Part shown: positions 49,397 through 57,714 of the stretch, one piece after another
Layout: the number at the start of each line of letters is the position of its first letter
Position numbering within the stretch: the first letter of the stretch is position 1
DNA from: an uncultured Patescibacteria group bacterium
GTDB taxonomy: Bacteria; Patescibacteriota; Microgenomatia; UBA10105; UBA927
DNA: 64,000 nucleotides
Direction: 5' to 3'
NCBI GenBank assembly: GCA_937921305.1
Contig: CAKZSU010000004.1
Location: 22,316-86,315 of the forward strand
Notes under the pieces: model-generated
What the model saw: the letters and a program-made list of their open reading frames with translations, nothing else
Told to the model about the DNA's origin: nothing
Databases searched by the model: none
Position numbers and translations under genes: made by a program

Positions 49397-51640
49397 ATGA
49401 TGCCATTGTCTTCTGTTGCTTCAATACTTGGAAAACTAAATACGCGTCCACTAGTTTATCTTTCATTATTGTTTTACCCCGACGCGGTTGAAGCGGCCAT
49501 ATGGGAATTTGGATCGAAAGGAAAACCAACGATTTTAGGGGCGGTAACGCAAGAACTTGCTACTGATTCGTGGGAAGAGCGAAGAATTGCAGCTGACAAA
49601 TGCGTTACAACCCTTGAAGACATCGCGCAAACAACAAGTGTTGAATATGTTATTTTAGGGTTCCCTGCTGCATATCTCACAAAAGATGGCGATATTATCA
49701 AAGACATCAAGCCATATGTGAAAAAGATCATGCAAGAACTTGGCTTGAAGCCGATTGGATTTGTTTCGATTTATCAAGCGATTGTATATAAATATAAAAA
49801 AGATGAAGGTCTCCCCCCAAGCCTTATTCTTCTCGGATTTACCGCTGGGTCGGTTACGGTGTCGTTGTATCGCGTTGGAGCGTTCTGCGATCAGGTGACT
49901 ATACCAAAAGAGGGAAGCATCGCGGAGCATTTGGAAGATGCGTTAAGTCAATGCGCAGGCGACGGGGTTTTGCCATCTCGTATTATTTTATATGGAACAA
50001 AGCCGTTTATTTTGGAGCAAGCAAAGAAAGAGTTGTTGCGACATCCTTGGACTGCTCGGTCAAATTTTATGCATTTTCCAAAAATAGAAATTCTTCCGGG
50101 AGATGGCGCTGCGATTGCGGTGTCATATGCTGGCGCCGGAGAGCTTGCGAAAGATGTCGCTGATCAACAAGAAGTGGATCTCGGATCAGATCTTCCCACT
50201 GATGAAGAATCGGTTCGCGTTGATGAAGCGGAAGAAATCGAAGAGCAATTTCAAGAAGAACAAGTGCGCGAGTCAGTAAATGATGAGCGTATTAACGATC
50301 AAGACGAAGAGGGTAGAGTAAATAATGCTGAAAGGTTTGATGAACAGCAAAATGTTGTTCCGGTTGATCCTTCCTCATTGGGATTTGCTCCTGTTCAGGA
50401 TCAGAACAAAGAGGCGGAGATTTCGCGTCAAAAGACATCGCGTCGAGTGCGAATGCCATCGCTGTCAATCTTTTTTCGCTTGTTTCGAAGGCATTCTCGC
50501 AATGAACGGAAGCGGAATCCGCTATTGTTTTTGGTCGGCATCATATTACTTGTTCTTCTAGGTGTTGGCTATTATATCGCCGATATAGTGGTGCCTCGCG
50601 CTGAAGTGGTGCTTGCGATCATGCCAAAAGATATAACGGTTTCCGAAACAATCCTTGTTGATCCTTCATTAAACGAGATTTCTGAAAACGCGATTCCCGG
50701 TGGAAAACAAGAACAGAGCGAGACTGGCGAAAAGACGATTCGGACAACGGGAAAGAAGATTGTGGGAGAACCAGCAAAAGGAACCGTTACCATTGTTAAC
50801 AAATCAACGGTGTCGAGAACATTTAAGAAAGGAACTGTGCTTTCTGCATCAGGAATAGAGTTTACATTAGATCGAGATGTATCGATCGCCTCCGCAAGTG
50901 AAACATTTCAGGGAATTACGTACGCAAAAGAAACCGTTTCTGTCACCGCGAAAGACATAGGAACGAAAGGAAATATTCCAGCGGGAAGAGAATTTACGAT
51001 ATCAGGCGTTTCTTCGACGATTGCTTCCGCGAGAAATGACACCGCGTTTACTGGTGGAACAAGCAAGGAAATTCAAGTGGTTGCTCGATCCGATCATGAA
51101 CAAATCGTAAAAGAGGTAACGCAGGAAGTAACGCAAAAAGGCAAAGAGTCATTAAAAGCAGCAACAGAAGAAACGGTTATTCCTGAAACTATCAAAACAA
51201 CGATTGTAAAACGAGAATTTTCCGCTGAAATAGGACAAGAAGCAAGAGAGGTAACGGGGAAAATTACCGTGTCTCTTTCTGGGATCGGCTATCGATCGGC
51301 TGATCTCCTAGAGCTTTTTCAACGCAAGGCGAAGCAGGTTATTCCAGAAGGGTATGAGCTTTCAAGCGAACGCCCAACTTTTGATGTCGGATCTCCGCGA
51401 ATTGGAAAAGATGGATCGATTCGATTGGTTGCAACGATGTCTGCGGTTGCATTGCCAAATATTGACGCGAGCGCGTTGGCGAAAGATATTGCCGGAAAAC
51501 CAGCGTCGGAAGCGAAAGAGATGCTTCAACAACACGACGGAGTTCGTAATGTAGACTATCGTATTTCTTCTTTGTTTAGAAGACAACGGTTCCCCAAACG
51601 GTCGGAGAACATTCGTGTTGTTATATCTCAAGAACAATAA
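49397..51640 (+). CDS. Bitopic membrane protein: FtsA/PilM-like cytoplasmic region, acidic linker, TM, baseplate-J-like external domain
   Basis: C-terminal ATG..GEPAKGTVTI.N, GT.L, A..IG..GN and N..AFTGG pattern resembles baseplate J/gp47-annotated CPR proteins; one central TM. Confidence 0.6.
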   Translation: MMPLSSVASILGKLNTRPLVYLSLLFYPDAVEAAIWEFGSKGKPTILGAVTQELATDSWEERRIAADKCVTTLEDIAQTTSVEYVILGFPAAYLTKDGDIIKDIKPYVKKIMQELGLKPIGFVSIYQAIVYKYKKDEGLPPSLILLGFTAGSVTVSLYRVGAFCDQVTIPKEGSIAEHLEDALSQCAGDGVLPSRIILYGTKPFILEQAKKELLRHPWTARSNFMHFPKIEILPGDGAAIAVSYAGAGELAKDVADQQEVDLGSDLPTDEESVRVDEAEEIEEQFQEEQVRESVNDERINDQDEEGRVNNAERFDEQQNVVPVDPSSLGFAPVQDQNKEAEISRQKTSRRVRMPSLSIFFRLFRRHSRNERKRNPLLFLVGIILLVLLGVGYYIADIVVPRAEVVLAIMPKDITVSETILVDPSLNEISENAIPGGKQEQSETGEKTIRTTGKKIVGEPAKGTVTIVNKSTVSRTFKKGTVLSASGIEFTLDRDVSIASASETFQGITYAKETVSVTAKDIGTKGNIPAGREFTISGVSSTIASARNDTAFTGGTSKEIQVVARSDHEQIVKEVTQEVTQKGKESLKAATEETVIPETIKTTIVKREFSAEIGQEAREVTGKITVSLSGIGYRSADLLELFQRKAKQVIPEGYELSSERPTFDVGSPRIGKDGSIRLVATMSAVALPNIDASALAKDIAGKPASEAKEMLQQHDGVRNVDYRISSLFRRQRFPKRSENIRVVISQEQ

Positions 51641-51646
51641 TCATGC

Positions 51647-52369
51647 ATGATATATCAATATGTCAAATACCATCACAAGCCGCCAATGCGACGATCGCTT
51701 CTTGTTTCGTTCTTTTTCTTAGGAATCGGCATATCGCTGTTGCTGTGGGCGCTTTGGCCGATACTTTCTTTTCACTTCGTGACAGCAAATTTATTTCCAA
51801 GTGTTATTTCTCCGCTTGCTTCAAGATCATCTAAATCATCCATTATTCATCAAACAATTGCTCAAGAGTCAACATCTGCAGAATCTCAAGAAAATGATTT
51901 CACAAACTTAAACGCGTGGTTTCCGTCAAAGCAACAGAAAAAGGTTGAGTCGTCTGTTGTGGAATATACCATGAGTATTCCAAAACTTAGGATTTATAAC
52001 GCGCGCGTTATTGTGGGAGGAGAAAATTTGAATGAAGGCATTATTCACTATGAAGGAACAGCGCTTCCTGGAAAGAATGGTAACGGCGCGTTATTTGGTC
52101 ATTCTGTACTTCCACAGTTTTTTGACCCAAAAAATTATAAAACGATTTTTTCCACGCTTCCGACATTGAAAGTCGGAAACGATATTTTTCTTCATTATGA
52201 TGGAATTACCTATCGGTATGTCGTTGAATCTATGAAGGTGACGACACCTGAAGACTTGTCAATGCTTGATCAGCAATATGACGATTCATACATTACGCTT
52301 ATTACCTGTGTACCTCCGGGTACCTATTGGCAACGGCTTCATGTGCGAGCTCGTTTGCGTCCATTGTAA
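51647..52369 (+). CDS. Sortase
   Basis: N-terminal TM; IPKL, LPG..GN..LFGHS, TLITC and downstream R (His-Cys-Arg triad). Confidence 0.92.
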   Translation: MIYQYVKYHHKPPMRRSLLVSFFFLGIGISLLLWALWPILSFHFVTANLFPSVISPLASRSSKSSIIHQTIAQESTSAESQENDFTNLNAWFPSKQQKKVESSVVEYTMSIPKLRIYNARVIVGGENLNEGIIHYEGTALPGKNGNGALFGHSVLPQFFDPKNYKTIFSTLPTLKVGNDIFLHYDGITYRYVVESMKVTTPEDLSMLDQQYDDSYITLITCVPPGTYWQRLHVRARLRPL

Positions 52370-52396
52370 AAACATAGTATAAAAACGGTAAACGCT

Positions 52397-53380
52397 ATGA
52401 AAAAAATTGTTGCGTCTTGGCCGATGCGATTGTCATTTTTTTTTGTTGTTTTGATTCTTACCGTTCTCATTGGCGTATTTTGGTGGCAAGATGGCGTATC
52501 ACCTGTTGATAAAAATGATCAATCATCAGTGATGTTTATCATTAAACGAGGAGAGCCTGTGCAGTCAATCGTCAATCGTCTTGCAGCCGAGCGATTGATA
52601 CGAAGCAAGGTAGTTTTTTTCCTTCTTATAAAGTTCGAGCAAGAGGATAGAAACATTCAAGCTGGAGATTTTCGATTGAAGCGATCAATGACCGCCCATG
52701 AAGTGCTTAAGGAGCTTCAGCACGGCGCAATTGATATATGGGTGACGATTCTGGAAGGTTGGCGTGTTGAGGAAATTGCCGAGCGACTCTCAAACGATCT
52801 TCGGATTTCTTCTCAAGAATTTTTGGCAATTGCAAGAGAAGGGTATATGTTTCCCGATACGTATCTTTTTCCAAAAGACGCGTCGGCGTCGGCGATTGTT
52901 GCGATTCTTCAAAAAAATTTTGATCGAAGGGTACCCGAAAGTTTGAGAGAGAAATCTTCCCATATTGGCTTGTCTTTTGAAGAAGTAGTTATTCTTGCGT
53001 CTCTTGTTGAACGAGAAGGAAGAGGAAGGGAAGATAAACGGATGATTGCGGGCATTTTATTAAACAGATTAAGAGAAGGAATGAAACTCGATGTCGATGC
53101 GACTTTACAATATATTATTGGATACGATACAACGGAACGAACATGGTGGAAAAAAGGATTGACAAATGACCATAAAAAAATAGATTCTCCATATAACACA
53201 TATATGTATAAAGGGTTGCCTCCTGGTCCAATTTGCAATCCTGGTCTTTTGTCTATAGAAGCAGTGCTTGATCCGATCCAATCGGATTATTTCTTTTATC
53301 TTCATGACAAGCAAGGAACTCTTCATTACGCAAAAACATTGGACGAGCATGAACGAAATATTGCCCGATACTTGCGATAA
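52397..53380 (+). CDS. mltG: Endolytic transglycosylase MltG
   Basis: EGYMFPDTY, ASLVERE, SPYNTY..GLPPGPICNPG. Confidence 0.94.
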   Translation: MKKIVASWPMRLSFFFVVLILTVLIGVFWWQDGVSPVDKNDQSSVMFIIKRGEPVQSIVNRLAAERLIRSKVVFFLLIKFEQEDRNIQAGDFRLKRSMTAHEVLKELQHGAIDIWVTILEGWRVEEIAERLSNDLRISSQEFLAIAREGYMFPDTYLFPKDASASAIVAILQKNFDRRVPESLREKSSHIGLSFEEVVILASLVEREGRGREDKRMIAGILLNRLREGMKLDVDATLQYIIGYDTTERTWWKKGLTNDHKKIDSPYNTYMYKGLPPGPICNPGLLSIEAVLDPIQSDYFFYLHDKQGTLHYAKTLDEHERNIARYLR

Positions 53381-54211
53381 ATGATCAAAGACAAATATTC
53401 AGCGTTGTGGCTTTCCTATTCGTCAATAAGCGACTACCTCAAATGTCCTCGCTTGTATTTTCTTCGGAATATCTATAGAGATCCGAAGACAAATCGTCGC
53501 GTAACGATTGTTCAACCATCGTTATCGCTAGGTCAAGTTATTCATGACACAATCGAGATTATTTCCCGTCTTCCCCAAGAAAAACGATTTCAACAGTCGT
53601 TGATATCGATATTTTTTCGCCAGTGGGTGAGTGTTTCCGGAAAAATTGGAGGATTTCGCGATGATCAGGAGGAAGACCAGTATAAAAAGAAAGGTCAAGC
53701 AATGATTAAGCGAATTATGCGTTATCCCGGTCCGTTGGGTCGCAAAGCAATTAAAATTCGGCAAGATCTTCCATACATGTGGCTTTCGGAAGAAGAAAAT
53801 ATTATTCTCTGCGGAAAAATTGATTGGCTTGAGTATCTTCCCGATCTTGACGCAGTGCATATTATCGATTTTAAAACAGGAAAATATGACGAAGATCCGG
53901 ATTCGCTTCAGCTTTCTATTTATTACCTTCTTGCAAAACATACGCAAAAACGTCCGATTGTGAAGGTAAGCTATTGGTATTTAGAAAAGGATATCAAGCC
54001 AATAAGCATTCCACTGCCAGATGAGGAAGATTCGTTGAGACGATTGATGGAAATTGCGAAGAAAATCGCGCTTGCGAGAAAACTTGAGCATTTTTCGTGT
54101 CGATACAAAGCCGGGTGTCAATTTTGCAAACCATATAAAATGATTCTTTCCGGGCAGGCGCATTATGTAGGTGTCAATGGGTATGGACAAGATGTGTATA
54201 TGCTTTCATGA
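53381..54211 (+). CDS. Stand-alone PD-(D/E)XK nuclease (RecB/Cas4-like) with Cys motif
   Basis: SYSSI..CP, GKID, IIDFKTG, QL.IY and C-terminal C-x5-C-x2-C. Confidence 0.85.
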   Translation: MIKDKYSALWLSYSSISDYLKCPRLYFLRNIYRDPKTNRRVTIVQPSLSLGQVIHDTIEIISRLPQEKRFQQSLISIFFRQWVSVSGKIGGFRDDQEEDQYKKKGQAMIKRIMRYPGPLGRKAIKIRQDLPYMWLSEEENIILCGKIDWLEYLPDLDAVHIIDFKTGKYDEDPDSLQLSIYYLLAKHTQKRPIVKVSYWYLEKDIKPISIPLPDEEDSLRRLMEIAKKIALARKLEHFSCRYKAGCQFCKPYKMILSGQAHYVGVNGYGQDVYMLS

Positions 54212-54222
54212 ATTCTTCCCTA

Positions 54223-54250
54223 TTGACGATTGATGAAAAAACATTATAAT
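54223..54250 (+). promoter_or_regulatory. Sigma70-type promoter of rpoBC
   Basis: TTGACG, 16 bp spacer, TATAAT. Confidence 0.75.
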
Positions 54251-54266
54251 CTTTATTTATCGCCGA

Positions 54267-54295
54267 AGCGGACGTTCATTGTTCGCTCTTTTTTT
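54267..54295 (+). terminator. Intrinsic terminator-like hairpin in the rpoB leader
   Basis: AGCGGAC-N7-GTTCGCT followed by C and T7. Confidence 0.65.
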
Positions 54296-54317
54296 ATTGG
54301 CCTTATTCTAAGAACTC

Positions 54318-57300
54318 ATGATAAGTAAAAAAACTTCAACACATCGCGAATTTTGGGGAAAAGTTTATGAAGATCTCCCTCCTCTAGATCTTACATTAGT
54401 TCAGCGAGAGTCATATCAATGGTTTCTTCAACAAGGTATTAAAGAATTATTAGAAGAAGTTTCTCCTGTTGTCGATTTCACAGGCAAAAATTGGGAATTA
54501 TATTTTGGCGATTATTATTTTGGAAAACCTCGCATAACACCTGAGGATGCATTGGAAAAAGGATTGACATTAGACATGCCGTTAAAAGCCGTTGCGACAT
54601 TGGTGAACAAGCAAAATGGACAGCGTGTTCAACAAGAAGTGTTTTTGGGAGATATCCCAGCGATGACAGTCAACGGGACATTCATTATTAACGGAATAGA
54701 GCGATGTGTCGTGAATCAGCTTGTTCGTTCACCGGGAATTTATTTTACTGGAAGCGTTGACCCATCAACAGGAAAGACATTGTATACCGCTGAAATTCGT
54801 CCAATGCACGGAAGTTGGCTTGAGTTTATCATGACGCGAAACAATGTCCTGATGGTGAGAATTGACAGACGACGAAAATTAGTGGCAACCACATTTTTGC
54901 GAGCGCTTGGATTTTCTTCCAACGATGAAATTGTTTCGCTTTTTGCCGATATTGAGCATGCTTCGTCATATCTTGAAGCGACATTTGCAAAAGATCAAAC
55001 AACGAATACGACAGAAGCGATCCTTGAAGTCTATCGGAAGATTAGACCAGGAGAGCCTGTTGTTCTAGACAACGCGCAGGAACTTCTTCGATCAACCTTT
55101 TTTGATATTCGACGATATAGTCTTGAGCGGGTGGGTCGGTATAAGATGAATAAAAAACTCAATATTGCTGTGGAAAACAACAAAGAACATTGGGTTCTAA
55201 CAAAAGAAGATATTGTCGGTAGTTTTCGATATCTTATTAATCTTGCGAATGGAAGAGGAGATGTTGACGATATTGATCATCTCGGTAATCGCCGGGTGCG
55301 AAGAGTTGGAGAATTAGTTGCGGTGAACGCATTTCGTGTTGGTCTACTTCGCTTAGAACGTTCTATTAAAGAGAAGATGAGCTTGGCTGGCGCGAACGCT
55401 ATTGATTTGACGCCGTCTCAACTTGTGAACGCAAGACCTATTATCGCCGCGATCAATGATTTTTTCCGAACAAGTCAGCTTTCAACAATTCTTGATCAAA
55501 CAAATCCTTTGTCAGAAGTAGATAATCTTCGACGGTTAACAGTGATGGGTGTTGGCGGAATTTCTCGCGAACGCGCATCATTTTCGATTCGTGATATTAA
55601 CGCGTCTCAATACGGAAGAATTGATCCGGTCCGAAGCCCAGAGGGACCGAACATCGGTCTTGTTACTTATATGGCGTTGTATAGCAGGGTTAATGAGTAT
55701 GGATTTTTAGAAACGCCGTATCGGAAGGTGGTAAAGGAGGAAAAAAATGGTGAAGTCAAGATGCGTGTGACGAGCGACATTGAATATCTTGCGGCTGATG
55801 ACGAACAATGCGCATATATTACGCACGCGGAAATTCCCCAAGATGAAGACGGGTATATTCTTGCTGAGCGTGTGCCAGTTCGATACAAAGGGGAGTTTTT
55901 AGAAGCGGACGCGACATCGCTTCAATATATCGATGTTGTTCCTCGTCAAGTTGTTGGCGCATCCGCGTCTCTTATTCCATTTCTTGCGCATGATGAAGCA
56001 AACAGAGCGCTCATGGGAACACATATGCAATGTCAGGCAGTCCCTCTTATAAAAACCGACGCGCCGGTTGTCGGGACGGGGATGGAGCGAACCATCGCAT
56101 CTGCAATGGGTAGAGTCGTTACCGCCCCTTCAGATGGCGTGGTTACTTTTGCAGATGCCTCTCATATAGTATTTGAAAGTAAGCAAGGGGAACGTCATGT
56201 CTTTCGCGTTGAGAAATTTAAGCGCACTTCGCAATCAACAAGTTACAATCAGCGCGTGTTGGTGATAACAGGACAAAACGTAAAAAAAGGCGATGTGTTG
56301 ATTGATGGACCATCGTCGGATCATGGAGAACTTGCGCTTGGCGCGAATGTGGTAATTGCCTATATGAGTTTTGATGGATTAGGATACGAAGACGCGATTG
56401 TTATTTCAGATCGATTAGTAAAAGAAGATGTTCTTACCTCAATTACAATTGAAGAATATGAAGCGTCTGTTGTTGACACAAAATTAGGCCCAGAAGAAAC
56501 GACACGAGATATTCCCAATGTTGGCGAAGACGTGTTGCGAAATCTTGATAAAGATGGAATTGTTGTTGTAGGATCAGAAGTTGGTCCGAATGATATTCTT
56601 GTTGGAAAGATAGCGCCGAAAGGCGAGACAGAATTGACAGCAGAAGAACGACTGCTTCGCGCGATCTTTGGAGAAAAAGCGCGAGAAGTTCGAGACACAA
56701 GTCTTCGCATGCCTCACGGAGAACGAGGTATTGTGACAGAGGTAAAGATTCTTGATCGCGAGGCTGGCGATGAGTTAGAGCCGGGCACAAACAAAAAAAT
56801 TATTATTAAAGTTGCGCAAGTAAGAAAAGTTGTTGTCGGCGATAAGCTCGCCGGTCGTCATGGCAATAAAGGTGTGATATCAAAGATTATGCCAGCGGCG
56901 GATATGCCATATCTTCCTGATGGAACGCCAGTCGATGTTATTATCTCTCCCCTTTCTGTGTTGTCTCGTATGAATTTAGGGCAATTATTGGAAGCTCACC
57001 TTGGTTTTGCCGCGCAAAAACTTGGAAGGAAAGTCGGTCTTCCGGTTTTTGAACAAGTAAGCGAAGAAAAGATTGTCGCAATGTTAAAAGAAGCAAACCT
57101 TCCTGTATCGGGAAAAAGCATATTGTTTGATGGACGAACAGGAAATGCGTTTGTCGAACCTATTGTGGTAGGTGTGGGATACATTATGAAGCTTATCCAC
57201 ATGGTTGAAGATAAGACGCATGCGAGATCTACAGGTCCATATTCTCTTGTGACGCAACAACCATTAGGAGGAAAAGCGCAAATGGGTGGTCAACGATTGG

Positions 57301-57701
57301 GAGAGATGGAAGTGTGGGCGCTCGAAGCGCACCGAGCGGCACATATCTTGCAGGAAATGTTAACGATCAAATCTGATGATGTCGTGGGAAGAGCGAAAGC
57401 GTTTGAAGCGATTGTCAAAGGTGTTCCGATTCCAGAGTCAACTGTCCCAGAGTCGTTTAAAGTTTTGGTGAAAGAATTGCAGGCATTGGGATTGAAAATT
57501 ACGCCAACAGGCGTTATCACAAAAGAAAATCACTCACAGTCGGTTCCTCAAATTGGAGGAATCTCGCTAGAGGAAGAAGCAACAATGGAGGAACAAGCAA
57601 AGGAGCTTGCGAAAGCAAGTGGGGGAGAATTGATTGAAGATAGCGAAGAAGAGTCAGATGAAAAAGATTTGAAAGAAATAGAAGAATATACTCAAGCGTA
57701 A
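54318..57701 (+). CDS. rpoB: RNA polymerase beta subunit
   Basis: GTFIINGIER, GDKLAGRHGNKG and GGQRLGEMEVWALEA. Confidence 0.99.
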   Translation: MISKKTSTHREFWGKVYEDLPPLDLTLVQRESYQWFLQQGIKELLEEVSPVVDFTGKNWELYFGDYYFGKPRITPEDALEKGLTLDMPLKAVATLVNKQNGQRVQQEVFLGDIPAMTVNGTFIINGIERCVVNQLVRSPGIYFTGSVDPSTGKTLYTAEIRPMHGSWLEFIMTRNNVLMVRIDRRRKLVATTFLRALGFSSNDEIVSLFADIEHASSYLEATFAKDQTTNTTEAILEVYRKIRPGEPVVLDNAQELLRSTFFDIRRYSLERVGRYKMNKKLNIAVENNKEHWVLTKEDIVGSFRYLINLANGRGDVDDIDHLGNRRVRRVGELVAVNAFRVGLLRLERSIKEKMSLAGANAIDLTPSQLVNARPIIAAINDFFRTSQLSTILDQTNPLSEVDNLRRLTVMGVGGISRERASFSIRDINASQYGRIDPVRSPEGPNIGLVTYMALYSRVNEYGFLETPYRKVVKEEKNGEVKMRVTSDIEYLAADDEQCAYITHAEIPQDEDGYILAERVPVRYKGEFLEADATSLQYIDVVPRQVVGASASLIPFLAHDEANRALMGTHMQCQAVPLIKTDAPVVGTGMERTIASAMGRVVTAPSDGVVTFADASHIVFESKQGERHVFRVEKFKRTSQSTSYNQRVLVITGQNVKKGDVLIDGPSSDHGELALGANVVIAYMSFDGLGYEDAIVISDRLVKEDVLTSITIEEYEASVVDTKLGPEETTRDIPNVGEDVLRNLDKDGIVVVGSEVGPNDILVGKIAPKGETELTAEERLLRAIFGEKAREVRDTSLRMPHGERGIVTEVKILDREAGDELEPGTNKKIIIKVAQVRKVVVGDKLAGRHGNKGVISKIMPAADMPYLPDGTPVDVIISPLSVLSRMNLGQLLEAHLGFAAQKLGRKVGLPVFEQVSEEKIVAMLKEANLPVSGKSILFDGRTGNAFVEPIVVGVGYIMKLIHMVEDKTHARSTGPYSLVTQQPLGGKAQMGGQRLGEMEVWALEAHRAAHILQEMLTIKSDDVVGRAKAFEAIVKGVPIPESTVPESFKVLVKELQALGLKITPTGVITKENHSQSVPQIGGISLEEEATMEEQAKELAKASGGELIEDSEEESDEKDLKEIEEYTQA

Positions 57702-57714
57702 AGGAGCGTTTTCT

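Noticed and set aside
49397-51640. Prophage or contractile injection system
   Set aside because: No sheath, tube, spike, capsid or integrase genes; the protein is a membrane protein among housekeeping genes.
53381-54211. CRISPR-associated Cas4
   Set aside because: No cas1/cas2 or array nearby.
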